From NCBI GenBank assembly GCA_046583355.1, contig JAYGCM010000009.1:1-64000 (forward strand): 64,000 nt of DNA, given 5' to 3'. Source of the stretch: Deltaproteobacteria bacterium (lineage in GTDB: Bacteria > Desulfobacterota > Binatia > UBA12015). Below, one piece after another: positions 9,778 to 19,047 of this stretch (the first letter of the stretch is position 1; the number at the start of each line of letters is the position of its first letter). Both the position numbers and the translations under genes were made by a program. The notes beneath the pieces were generated by a model that was not told the origin of the DNA, did not search any database, and saw only the letters and a list, made by a program, of their open reading frames with translations.

Positions 9778-11457
9778 TTGAAAATGAGAAAAAACGATTC
9801 GATCGTCTCTCACAGAACCACCAAGCGCCGCTGCGCACGCGCCGCCAGAAACATATCCGCTGCCGCCATAGCGCTTATGCTCGGAGCCGTCGCGGTTCCG
9901 GCCGCAGGCGCCGCCGCCCGGCCCAACGTTCTGATTTTTGTCGCCGACGACCTCGGCTGGGCTGATGTGGGCTACCACGGCGGCCCGATCGATACGCCCT
10001 CGCTCGATCGTCTTGCAGCAGAAGGCATCCAACTCGACCGCTTCTACGCGACACCGATCTGTTCGCCGACACGCGCAGCTTTGATGACCGGCCGCGACCC
10101 GATGCGCCTCGGCGTGGCCTACGCCGTGATTCTCGCCTGGCATACCGCCGGCATCCACCCCGACGAGCGCTTCATGCCCGAAAGCTTTCTGGACGCGGGC
10201 TACCAGACGGCGATGGTCGGCAAATGGCACCTCGGCCACGCCCAGCAGACCTACCACCCCAACGAGCGCGGCTTCGAGCATTTCTACGGCCACCTGCATA
10301 CGGAGGTCGGCTACTTCCCGCCCTTTACCCTGCAGGGCGGCAAGGACTTCCAGCGCAATGGCGAGTCGATCAACGATCAGGGCTACGAGACTTTCCTGCT
10401 CGCCGACGAGGCCTCGCGCTATATCCGCGACCGCGACACCGACAAACCTTTCTTTCTTTATGTCCCCTTCATCGCGCCGCATACGCCGCTCGATGCACCC
10501 GACGATCTCAAGAAGAAATATGAAGACATGGAGGACGATCGCCTCCCCACGCGAAGCCAGCAATCCGACCAATCGCGCCTGATGTCACGGATGCTCCTGC
10601 AAGACAGCGCACGGCCGATGTATGCGGCCGTGGTCGACGCGATGGACCAGGCCATAGGCCGCGTCCTCGATACACTCGACGACGAGAAGATCGCCGACAA
10701 TACCATCGTGCTCTTCCTCAGCGACAACGGCGGCGCGGCCTATGCCTCGGGTGGCGCCGACAACGTGCCGCTGCGCGGCGGCAAGGGCGATACCTTCGAG
10801 GGCGGCATCCGCGTCGTCTCGCTGCTGCGCTGGCCGGCCAAGCTCCCCGCCGGCAGCAGCTTCGAGTCCATCATGTCCGTAATGGACGTCTTCCCGACCC
10901 TGGCCGCAGCGGCCGGTGTGCCGATGAAGACCGAAAAGAAGCTTGATGGTCGCAACCTCTGGCCCGCCATCGAGGCCGGCAAGCCCGTGAGCCGCGACGA
11001 TTACCTTTTCTTCGCCTCCGAGACGCCAATCCGCGGCCACTTCAACCTCACTGCCTTCAACGACGATTGGAAGCTGGTCCAGGAGATCCAGCAAGGCCTG
11101 CTTTCGGCCGACGTCACCAACCACCTCTTTCGTATCCAGATCGACCCGAACGAGGAGAATAATCTGGCCTCGCTCTACCCCGATCGAGTCGAGGAGATGG
11201 CGCATGCGATCCACCGCTGGCGGCTGCTTCACCCCGCCTCCGGCCAACGCGCCGAGCTGGTGCCGCCGCCGGGCTGGCGTGCCCCCAAGAATTGGGCCAC
11301 CTACCCGCGGCCCCTCGAGGAGTTGCAGGACATAGCCGCCCCGGGCATGTCGCCGCCCTACGCGCTTCGCTCACTCGACTGGCTCTACGGCGAGAACGGC
11401 CGCCTGATCTACGATTGCGAGCCCTGGCCCTGGTTCGAAGGCGGCCTCTGCCGCTAA
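9778..11457 (+). CDS. Secreted Cys-type arylsulfatase (S1 family)
   Basis: Signal peptide; RPNVLIFVADDLGWAD, CSPTRAALMTGR formylglycine motif, GKWHLG, SDNG, LRGGKG..EGGIRV. Confidence 0.92.
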   Translation: MKMRKNDSIVSHRTTKRRCARAARNISAAAIALMLGAVAVPAAGAAARPNVLIFVADDLGWADVGYHGGPIDTPSLDRLAAEGIQLDRFYATPICSPTRAALMTGRDPMRLGVAYAVILAWHTAGIHPDERFMPESFLDAGYQTAMVGKWHLGHAQQTYHPNERGFEHFYGHLHTEVGYFPPFTLQGGKDFQRNGESINDQGYETFLLADEASRYIRDRDTDKPFFLYVPFIAPHTPLDAPDDLKKKYEDMEDDRLPTRSQQSDQSRLMSRMLLQDSARPMYAAVVDAMDQAIGRVLDTLDDEKIADNTIVLFLSDNGGAAYASGGADNVPLRGGKGDTFEGGIRVVSLLRWPAKLPAGSSFESIMSVMDVFPTLAAAAGVPMKTEKKLDGRNLWPAIEAGKPVSRDDYLFFASETPIRGHFNLTAFNDDWKLVQEIQQGLLSADVTNHLFRIQIDPNEENNLASLYPDRVEEMAHAIHRWRLLHPASGQRAELVPPPGWRAPKNWATYPRPLEELQDIAAPGMSPPYALRSLDWLYGENGRLIYDCEPWPWFEGGLCR

Positions 11458-11473
11458 GCACCGCTCCGGGCCT

Positions 11474-11815
11474 CTACGCCCAAGCAGAGAAAATCTGGCG
11501 GAAAGCACGGCGAGCAGAGCGCTGGTCGCGCGCCGAGAGAGTGCCCAATCTGCTTTCGGAGAGCTCCCGGTCCATCGACGCGACCTTGGCCATGCGAAGA
11601 CGGTTTGGGTGGAGGAGGCCGGCCGCCTCCCAGTCGGCCAGATCTACATCGCCGGGGAGCGCGTTGCCTTCAACCTGACTGGTAATCATCGCGACCGTCA
11701 GGAGACCCGCGCGAGGCCCCCGCGCCGTCTCGGCCAGCACCAACGCCGGGCGCTTTTTCGACGCCTGTATGTCGGCAAACGGAAAGCGGACGAGAACAAT
11801 CTCGGCGGCTTTCAA
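11474..11815 (-). CDS. PemK/MazF family toxin
   Basis: IVLVRFPFAD..SKKRPALVL..VAMITS..W..AGL; TTG start overlapping the upstream TGA (TTGA). Confidence 0.85.
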   Translation of the reverse strand: MKAAEIVLVRFPFADIQASKKRPALVLAETARGPRAGLLTVAMITSQVEGNALPGDVDLADWEAAGLLHPNRLRMAKVASMDRELSESRLGTLSARDQRSARRAFRQIFSAWA

Positions 11816-11975
11816 AGGCGATCGTAATCGGCGTCACGCGGGTCGTTCCATTCCTCGAAGGTCGACTCGCTGAGGCGCGCCAGTGCCCGCGTCTCGAGAG
11901 CATCGGCGAAATAGCTCTCCAGCGCGCGGACCGCCAGCCCGGGAGACCTCGAATCCGACAGTTCGCGCGACAGCC
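11812..11975 (-). CDS. Putative antitoxin, C-terminal part; start unclear, possibly N-terminally truncated
   Basis: C-terminus LSESTFEEWNDPRDADYDRL resembles small ORFs coupled upstream of MazF-like toxins; 4-nt overlap with the toxin; no ATG in the intergenic space. Confidence 0.5.
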
Positions 11976-12012
11976 CTTGGTTTTTTCGCTGCGGCAGGCC
12001 AAGCTGAATGGC

Positions 12013-13107
12013 ATGAGCGAGAGCAGCATCCGATTGACGATCTCGGCCGACGGCCACATCAATGAGCCCGGCGACCTGTGGAGCCGCAACCTGCCGGCTG
12101 CGATGGTCGATGCGGGACCGCGCGTCGAGGTCCGCGACGGCAAGATCGCCATGGTGGTCGAGGGGCGCGTCCTGCGGCGGCTCGCCATCGCGCCACCGGA
12201 GATGAAAGAAGGTGATCTCGCCGACCTGGGCGCCTGGGGCGAGAACGACGCCGCCTCACGGCTCGCCGCGCTGGCGACCGACGGCGTGACGGGAGAGGTC
12301 CTCTACCCCACCGTCACCTTCTTCACGGCGTACTCCATCAAGAACGCCGAGCTGCAACGCGCCGTCTGCGAAATCTACAACGACTGGCTCAGCGAGACCT
12401 TTGCCGACCCGCATTTCGCGCCGGTTGCCGTCCTACCCTCGGCAGACCCGAAGGCGTGTGTGAAGGAGCTTTCGCGGCTCGCGCCCAAGGGCGTCTGCGC
12501 GGCAATGCTGCCGGCCCATTCCGACGACCTGCCCTTCAACCGCGACGATTGGGAATGCCTGTGGGAAGCCGCTGCCGGCCTCGGCATCAGCCTCTCCTTT
12601 CACGTCGGCACGGGGCGCCACCAGGCACCGATTCGCGGCGCGGGCGGTGCGGTCGCCAATTATGTGATTACCTGCGCTGGGGCAATCGAGACAGCTTCGG
12701 TGTTATGCGCCTCGGGAATCCTGGAGCGACACCCGAAGCTGCGCGTCATGCTGGTCGAATGCGGCTCCGGCTGGCTCGCCTGGGCTCTCAACGCAATGGA
12801 CGAGGCCTACCGCGAACATCAGGCCTACGTGAAGCCCAAACTCGAAGAGCTGCCGAGCTTCTACTTCCGCCGCCAGGGCGGCGTCACCTTCCAGCACGAC
12901 CCCGTCGGCATCGGCAACCGCCACTACACTGGCGACGATTGCCTGATGTGGGGCTCGGACTACCCGCACCCCGAAGGCACCTTCCCGCATTCCCAGGAAA
13001 TCCTGAAGGCCGACTTCGCCGGCGTAGCGCAGGACTCGATCGACGCCATGACCTGGCGCAACGCCGCCCGCCTCTACGGGCTGGCCACACCCGAGGGCTT
13101 CTCCTGA
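12013..13107 (+). CDS. Amidohydrolase family protein (Amidohydro_2)
   Basis: ISADGHINEP, DGVTGEVLYPT, LSFHVG, ERHPKLRVMLVECG, MWGSDYPHPEGTFP. Confidence 0.88.
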   Translation: MSESSIRLTISADGHINEPGDLWSRNLPAAMVDAGPRVEVRDGKIAMVVEGRVLRRLAIAPPEMKEGDLADLGAWGENDAASRLAALATDGVTGEVLYPTVTFFTAYSIKNAELQRAVCEIYNDWLSETFADPHFAPVAVLPSADPKACVKELSRLAPKGVCAAMLPAHSDDLPFNRDDWECLWEAAAGLGISLSFHVGTGRHQAPIRGAGGAVANYVITCAGAIETASVLCASGILERHPKLRVMLVECGSGWLAWALNAMDEAYREHQAYVKPKLEELPSFYFRRQGGVTFQHDPVGIGNRHYTGDDCLMWGSDYPHPEGTFPHSQEILKADFAGVAQDSIDAMTWRNAARLYGLATPEGFS

Positions 13108-13317
13108 ACATCTTGACGGCGGCGCAGTCCCGGGCCGCCGGGCAGCGACTCTAAGCAAGCAACTTCGGAGGTGGCCGAGGGACGTTGCTTACCTCGCGTC
13201 GATTTCCTTACCTCACATCGCGAACCCAGACCTGAAGGCCCAACCGGAGGCTACTCACCACCCAGCGAATTCCGCACCTCGCCTCGCATACCCGGTGGCA
13301 CCCGCAGCTCCGGCAGC

Positions 13318-13353
13318 AAAAAGGGGGGAGCAGCCAAGCTGCTCCCCCCTTTT
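13318..13353. terminator. Bidirectional Rho-independent terminator
   Basis: AAAAAGGGGGGAGCAGC-CAA-GCTGCTCCCCCCTTTT between convergent genes. Confidence 0.9.
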
Positions 13354-13377
13354 GGGTCAGAGAATGAATATGGCGGT

Positions 13378-15984
13378 CTAGAAGCGGTAGGAGAGTTCGC
13401 CGCCGAAGGTGCGGCCGATGGCGTAGTATTGGCCGAGGAAGCCGAAGCTCGACACCACTGGCGTGGCCCAGGTGAAGTACCTTACGTCGCCCACATTCCT
13501 GGACCACAAGGCCACCTCGGCCTGGTCGTCCATGAAGGAGTAGGAGAGGCGCAGGTTCACGATATCCGTGGCCTTCTGCTCGCCGCCGGCGACCTCGGGG
13601 CCGATGTAGTTGATCACGCCGGTATGCGCCCATTCGATGCGCGGCGTGATCCAACCCGAAAGCCATTGCGAACCGGGCACGTCCACCGGCGCCGAGTATT
13701 GCGCCGAGAGGAAACTCTGCATTTGCGGGACGTTAAGGAAGCGCTCGCCCGAGCGGTCCAGCTTGGCGCCGTCCAGATCGCTGACGCCATTGGGGAACGA
13801 GCCATAGCGCCCTTCAAGAAGTCCGAGCGAACCCGTCACCTGGAAGCCCTCGAAGGGGCGTGTGATGAATTCGATCTCGATGCCCTTGGTGGTTGCCTTG
13901 GCCGCGTTCTGCACCACGGTCACAAGGATCGGGGAGCCGTCGGGGTTCAATCCCTGCACCTGAACGCTGGCGACCTGGATGTCGTCATATTTGCCCAGGA
14001 AAGCCGCGATATTGATCGTCAACAATTGCTCGAAGGCGATCGTCTTGATGCCGACCTCGAAGTTGTCGAGGGTCTCGGGATTGAAGGTGGGAAGATCGGT
14101 CTGCTGCGCACCGATCAAGGCGTTGAAACCACCACCCTTGAAGCCATTCGAGTAGGTGAAATAGCCCATCATATGGTCGATGATAGTACCGTCAATATAC
14201 TCTTCAGGAATGGTCGCCGCCAAAGAGGCCATCGGCGTCCAGGACGAGAAGAGCGCCGCCTCGCCACCAAGGATCTGCGGGTTGTTGCCCGCCTCGGGAC
14301 CCGGGTCGTTCGGCCGGGCGGGCTCGGGCGGAATCGCCCAAGGCACGGCGGCGAACCGATATTCCTCAAACTGAAGATTCTTCTTGTCTTCGGTATAGCG
14401 CAGCCCCGCGGTCAGCTGCAGCCAGTCCTGGATATCGTAACTCGCCTGGGAGTAGATCGCCCAGGTGAAGTTATCGATATGTGTATCGCGGCGCGTTGTC
14501 CGGCCCAGACAAATCGTGCCGGGGATGGAGCAATAAGGAGGGTCGATGCGGTCATCGAAAGGGTACTCCGGGTTGGAAGCCCCCAGCGGGGCAGCCACCA
14601 GAGTCGACAAGGCGTCGTCCGCCTTCTCCCAGAAGGCGAAGTAGCCCACGATATACTGGAAGCGCTCAGTGACGCTGCCGGTCAACTGGAACTCGGTCGA
14701 GATCTGTTGCGCCCAGCCCGGCTCGCCATCGACGGCCCAGCTATCGCCGCCGGCACGAATGAGGTTGATGACCGGAATCCGGGTGCCGTCGACATCCGAG
14801 CGGGTACGCGGAATCTGGCGGCGCCAGGAAGTCAAGTTCTTGAATGAGGAATCTTCGAACCAGCCGAAGTCAGGCAGGTCCCAGGTGGTCGTCATCCAAG
14901 TGCCGAAACTCTCCATATCCTGGAGTCCGGCCACATCCGAATAAGTCACATCCGGGCTCTCGGCCTCCTCACAAGCCTCGCGCAATTGCGAGCTCGAGAG
15001 GCCGGCATCGGGGTTCTCTGTCACGCAATGCGCGATGCTGCCCCTGGTATGTTCACGCGACCAGGTGCCGCTCAGGTCAATGGTGACATCGTCAGTCGGC
15101 AGGAAGCGCAGCGAGCCGAGGAAGGTAATCGAGTTGGCGTCGGACATATCTTCGTTGCGCAGCTCGTTGTGGACATAGCCCCTGCGGTTGTTCGAGCCGA
15201 TGGTCAAGCGAGTAAAGAGCCTGTCCTCGAACCAGCCGATATCGATAGGGATATTCAGCGTCCCGCGCGTGACCACCGAGCCGTAGTTGCCAGCGCGCAC
15301 GAAGACCGAACCTTCCAGCATATCCGTGGGCTTGACGGTGGTCATATTGATCGCACCACCCACGGTATTCTTGCCGAAGAGCGTGCCCTGCGGGCCACGG
15401 AGAATTTCGATCTGTTGCACATCAAGCACGTCGAGGAAGTTGCCCTGCGCTCGCGGCAGGAAAACGCCGTCGACATAAACGCCCACGCCGGGATCAAAGG
15501 CGAGGTCGGCACGGTTCTGACCGACGCCGCGAATCTGGATCATCGTCTCCTGCCCGGAGAGCCCACCCTGCATACGCAGGTTCGGCACCAATTCCTGGAC
15601 CTGATCGAGACGCGTGATACCCGCATCGCGCAGCGTTTGCGCGCCCAATGCGGTCACAGAGACCGGCGTATCCTCGAGCAGCTCCGAGCGCTTGCGTGCC
15701 TGCACGACGATCTCTTCAATCTGCTGCTGACGGCGGCGTCTGACGCCTGGATCGGCTTTGCCTGCCTCGACCGCCTCGGTCTGGACCTCCTGCGAGTCGA
15801 TCGGCTCGGCGTCGGTTCCACCGATATCGCCGGACCCTTCGATGGCGTCGATCAGGTACTCACTCGGCGCGACCGGCGGGGCCGTATCCTCATCGGCCGC
15901 CAACGCAGACCCTGCAATCACAACACACGTGAGCAGCGTCGCAACCAAGGCAAATGCTCTCCAATAGATTCGGTGGATCTTCAT
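13378..15984 (-). CDS. TonB-dependent receptor
   Basis: Signal peptide, TonB box EEIVVQARKR, plug IEILRGPQGTLFGKNTVGGAIN, C-terminal GRTFGGELSYRF; RBS GAGGGGAG. Confidence 0.95.
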   Translation of the reverse strand: MKIHRIYWRAFALVATLLTCVVIAGSALAADEDTAPPVAPSEYLIDAIEGSGDIGGTDAEPIDSQEVQTEAVEAGKADPGVRRRRQQQIEEIVVQARKRSELLEDTPVSVTALGAQTLRDAGITRLDQVQELVPNLRMQGGLSGQETMIQIRGVGQNRADLAFDPGVGVYVDGVFLPRAQGNFLDVLDVQQIEILRGPQGTLFGKNTVGGAINMTTVKPTDMLEGSVFVRAGNYGSVVTRGTLNIPIDIGWFEDRLFTRLTIGSNNRRGYVHNELRNEDMSDANSITFLGSLRFLPTDDVTIDLSGTWSREHTRGSIAHCVTENPDAGLSSSQLREACEEAESPDVTYSDVAGLQDMESFGTWMTTTWDLPDFGWFEDSSFKNLTSWRRQIPRTRSDVDGTRIPVINLIRAGGDSWAVDGEPGWAQQISTEFQLTGSVTERFQYIVGYFAFWEKADDALSTLVAAPLGASNPEYPFDDRIDPPYCSIPGTICLGRTTRRDTHIDNFTWAIYSQASYDIQDWLQLTAGLRYTEDKKNLQFEEYRFAAVPWAIPPEPARPNDPGPEAGNNPQILGGEAALFSSWTPMASLAATIPEEYIDGTIIDHMMGYFTYSNGFKGGGFNALIGAQQTDLPTFNPETLDNFEVGIKTIAFEQLLTINIAAFLGKYDDIQVASVQVQGLNPDGSPILVTVVQNAAKATTKGIEIEFITRPFEGFQVTGSLGLLEGRYGSFPNGVSDLDGAKLDRSGERFLNVPQMQSFLSAQYSAPVDVPGSQWLSGWITPRIEWAHTGVINYIGPEVAGGEQKATDIVNLRLSYSFMDDQAEVALWSRNVGDVRYFTWATPVVSSFGFLGQYYAIGRTFGGELSYRF

Positions 15985-16068
15985 CCTAAACTCCCCCTCG
16001 TTTCGGTCGGCCACGAATTGTCGATCCGTGCCGGACACGAGCCTCCACCAGCGGAAGCCGCGCCATAA

Positions 16069-16082
16069 TGAACAGCTGTCTA
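16069..16082. promoter_or_regulatory. Putative operator copy 2 (TGAACAGCTGTCTA)
   Basis: Reverse complement TAGACAGCTGTTCA matches the shared motif; about 85 nt upstream of the TBDT start. Confidence 0.55.
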
Positions 16083-16112
16083 GCCAAGTCAATCCGTACA
16101 GGTCAATTTGGC

Positions 16113-16126
16113 AAGACGCATGTCCA
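16113..16126. promoter_or_regulatory. Putative operator copy 3 (AAGACGCATGTCCA)
   Basis: Matches the shared motif with flanking C..G as at 32004; second site upstream of the TBDT. Confidence 0.5.
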
Positions 16127-16186
16127 GCCAAGCCGGCCCGCCTGACCCGCACGGCTCCGAATTCAGGGATCAAAACAGGAGACGAA

Positions 16187-16262
16187 GAGGGCAAATTTCA
16201 GTGCACATCCCCCCAAGGGGACGAATGAGGAACAAAGACGACGAGATTCGGTACACGTCCCC
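16187..16262. repeat. REP-like family B cluster (degenerate GGGGAC..GTRCACGTCCCC units)
   Basis: Units at 16187-16212, 16217-16230 (partial) and 16237-16262 resemble those at 42780-42862. Confidence 0.55.
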
Positions 16263-16294
16263 GAAAACGCCCGTCCCCGAAAACGCCGAAAACG

Positions 16295-17470
16295 TTACGC
16301 TTGGCCGAGGATCAGGCCGCTGGTTGGGACACCGGTGCCGGCGGTGACGAGGACGTGCTCGACGTTTTCGACCTGGTTTACGGAGGTGCCGCGGATTTGG
16401 CGGACGCCTTCGGCGATGCCGTTGGTGCCGTGGATATAGGCCTCGCCGAGTTGGCCTCCGTGGGTGTTGATCGGCAGGCGGCCGCCGCGGGCATGGTGGC
16501 CTTCGCGCACGAAGTCCTTGGCCTCGCCGAATTTGCAGAAGCCGAATTCCTCGAGCTGCGAGAGCACGAAGGGTGTGAAATGATCGTAGAGGATCGCTGT
16601 TTGGAAATCGTCAGGGGTGAGGCCGCTGGTTTCGTAGAGTTCTTTGGCGACGATCCCCATCTCGGGGAGGCGGGTCATATTGTCGCGGTAATAGCTGGTC
16701 ATCTGGTGCTGGCCCGCGCCGGAGCCTTGGGCGGCGGCGCGGATCATGGCCGGCTTTTGCTTGAGGTCGCGGGCGCGCTCGGGGCTGGTGATGACCAGCG
16801 CCTGGCCGCCGTCGGATTCCTGGCAGCAATCAAGCAGGCGCAGCGGCTCGACGATCCAACGCGAATTCTGGTGGTCTTCGAGCGTGATCGGCTTCTCGTA
16901 GAAAAATGCTTTGGGGTTGGTGGCCGCAAAGTCGCGACCGGCAACCGATACATGGCCGAGGTCTTCGGTCGTCGCGCCCGTCTCGTGCAGATAGCGCTGG
17001 CCGAACATCGCCACCCAGGAGGCCGGCGTCAGCAGGCCGAAGGGGGTGTAGCTCGAATAATGCGCCATCTCGGTAGTCGCTTCGGCACCCTTATGCTGCA
17101 CACCGGTGCCGAAGCGATGGCCCGAGCGCTCGTTGAAAGCACGCCAGCAGACGACCACATCAGCAACCCCGGTTGCAACCGCCATGGCGGCCTGATGCAC
17201 GACGGCACAAGCACCACCGCCGCCGTAATGTACGCGCGAGAAGAAGCGCAGATCACCACCACCCACGGTGCGCATCACGTCGATCTCGGGGTTGTGCTCG
17301 GCCGTGAAGAGCGAGACGCCATCTACGTCCGAGGCCTTGAGCCCGGCATCTTCCAGCGCCGTCGTGACACATTCCGCAGCGAGACGATGCGTGCTGCGGC
17401 CCGAAGCCTTGGAGAATTCCGTCGCGCCGATGCCGACGATCGCGGCCTTATCCTTGAGCTGGTTTCCCAT
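16295..17470 (-). CDS. ltp2: Thiolase-like steroid side-chain aldolase, Ltp2-like
   Basis: AAIVGIGATEFSK, RAFNERSG, PLRLLDCCQESDGG, ILYDHF, NTHGGQLGEAYIHG, VTAGTGVPTSGLILG; last gene of the igr-like operon. Confidence 0.85.
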   Translation of the reverse strand: MGNQLKDKAAIVGIGATEFSKASGRSTHRLAAECVTTALEDAGLKASDVDGVSLFTAEHNPEIDVMRTVGGGDLRFFSRVHYGGGGACAVVHQAAMAVATGVADVVVCWRAFNERSGHRFGTGVQHKGAEATTEMAHYSSYTPFGLLTPASWVAMFGQRYLHETGATTEDLGHVSVAGRDFAATNPKAFFYEKPITLEDHQNSRWIVEPLRLLDCCQESDGGQALVITSPERARDLKQKPAMIRAAAQGSGAGQHQMTSYYRDNMTRLPEMGIVAKELYETSGLTPDDFQTAILYDHFTPFVLSQLEEFGFCKFGEAKDFVREGHHARGGRLPINTHGGQLGEAYIHGTNGIAEGVRQIRGTSVNQVENVEHVLVTAGTGVPTSGLILGQA

Positions 17471-17474
17471 CGCC

Positions 17475-17912
17475 CTAATTCCCCTTCGGCAAAGCCACGC
17501 GAACAACGCCGGTGACGTGGTTGCCCAGACTATTCTTCCCGACGATATCGATGTCGACTACAGCTTGTCCGTCGGCCTCGGATTTTTCCTTGACTACGCC
17601 GGAGAGCACCATCGTATCGCCAGCATAATTCGGCACGCCGAGCCGGATATTGACCCGGCGCAAAAACGCGTCGGGCCCGGCCCAATCCGTAACGAAGCGG
17701 TCGACCAGGCCGTTGGTCGTGAGGATATTCATGATGATGCTCTTGGTGCCGCGCTTTTGTGCGGCCTCGAGGTCGTGGTGGACATCCTGGTAGTCGCGCG
17801 AGGCGATGGCGGTGGCGATGATGCGCGTCGCGGAGACGTCGATGGTCAACTCCGGCAACGTATGGCCGACCTCTACCTCATCAAAAGAGAGAGTCCGCGT
17901 GAAATCACTCAT
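17475..17912 (-). CDS. MaoC-like hydratase subunit, ChsH1-like
   Basis: AIASRDYQDVHHD..MNILTTNGLV..WAGP..IRLGVPNYAGD; ATGA overlap with the upstream ACAD. Confidence 0.85.
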   Translation of the reverse strand: MSDFTRTLSFDEVEVGHTLPELTIDVSATRIIATAIASRDYQDVHHDLEAAQKRGTKSIIMNILTTNGLVDRFVTDWAGPDAFLRRVNIRLGVPNYAGDTMVLSGVVKEKSEADGQAVVDIDIVGKNSLGNHVTGVVRVALPKGN

Positions 17913-19036
17913 GCGTGTTCTCCGCCGGCGAGAAGCTCGCCGAGACGCGCCTGATGCAGGCTGGCGCCACCGAGGATCATCTCGTTTTGTTTGGCCGCGA
18001 GGAACCAGCGGTGAATCGGGTACTCGACATCGGCGCCAATGCCACCGTGCAGATGCTGGCAGGCATGCGAGACGCGGTGACCACCGCGACACGCCCACCA
18101 CTTGGCGACCTGGATCTCGCGCGCCGCTTCGCGGTCGGTCGCCACGCGCCAGACGGCCTGCTGCAAGGTGGCCCGCATGGCCTCGGTGTCAATCCAGGCG
18201 TCGGCCGCGCGTAGCTGCGGGCCCTGGAAGGTGCCGATCGCCACACCGAATTGCTTGCGCTCGGATTGGTAGGCCGCGGTCTGCTCCAGCGCAGAGTCGG
18301 CAATGCCGAGTTGCACGGCACAGGCCGCCACCATCGTGCGATCCGAAATCCAGCGCAAAATCGCCGGGCCCTGCTCCGACCCACCCAACCTGTCGCCCGC
18401 CGTGACCGGAACATTCTCCAGCGTCAGCAAGGAATGGGGCTCACCGCTGGTCATCTGCTGATCTTGCAGCGTCACGCCCGAAGTTCCGGGGTCGAGCAAG
18501 AAAACCGCGACACCGCCGTCGTCCGTGGTTGCCGGGACCAAGATCCGCGCGGCGATACTGGCTGCGGGCACACACGTCTTCACACCACTCAGAACAAAAC
18601 CATCGCCCTCGGCACGCGCGCGGGTGCTGGGACGCGTGGCATCACGGCGGCCCTCCTCAACCAGCGCGGCGGTAAGGAACCGCTCGCCTTTGACGACGCC
18701 CGGCAAATTCGCCTGCTTTTGTTCGTCATTGCCGAATTCGGCGATCGGCAGGGCGCCCATGACCAAAGTCGGGATCAGCGGCAGCGGCGCGATTCGTCTT
18801 CCTGCCTCTTCGAGGATGAGCGCCAGCTCGATCAAGCCCATGCCCGCGCCACCGTAAGCCTCGGGCAAGGCCACGCCCAGCAGACTTGCCTGCGCCAGCG
18901 CCTGCCACGTGCCCTCATCGTACCAGCCATCGGCCTGCAGGAGTTTGAGGATGCCGTCAGTGGGCACGCGGTCTTCGAGAATCTGTTTTGCGAGGTCGCG
19001 GACGGCGACCTGATCTTCGCTATAATGAAAGTCCAT
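17909..19036 (-). CDS. Acyl-CoA dehydrogenase, non-catalytic subunit (ChsE1/FadE28-like)
   Basis: ACAD motifs (LPEAYGGAG, ERKQFGVAIGTFQ, QHLHGGIGAD); no Glu at the position of the partner's HER motif. Confidence 0.8.
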   Translation of the reverse strand: MDFHYSEDQVAVRDLAKQILEDRVPTDGILKLLQADGWYDEGTWQALAQASLLGVALPEAYGGAGMGLIELALILEEAGRRIAPLPLIPTLVMGALPIAEFGNDEQKQANLPGVVKGERFLTAALVEEGRRDATRPSTRARAEGDGFVLSGVKTCVPAASIAARILVPATTDDGGVAVFLLDPGTSGVTLQDQQMTSGEPHSLLTLENVPVTAGDRLGGSEQGPAILRWISDRTMVAACAVQLGIADSALEQTAAYQSERKQFGVAIGTFQGPQLRAADAWIDTEAMRATLQQAVWRVATDREAAREIQVAKWWACRGGHRVSHACQHLHGGIGADVEYPIHRWFLAAKQNEMILGGASLHQARLGELLAGGEHA

Positions 19037-19047
19037 CGGTCTGCCCT

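Noticed and set aside
16259..16294. Short CCGAAAACG triplication after ltp2
   Set aside because: Too short and low in complexity to support a function
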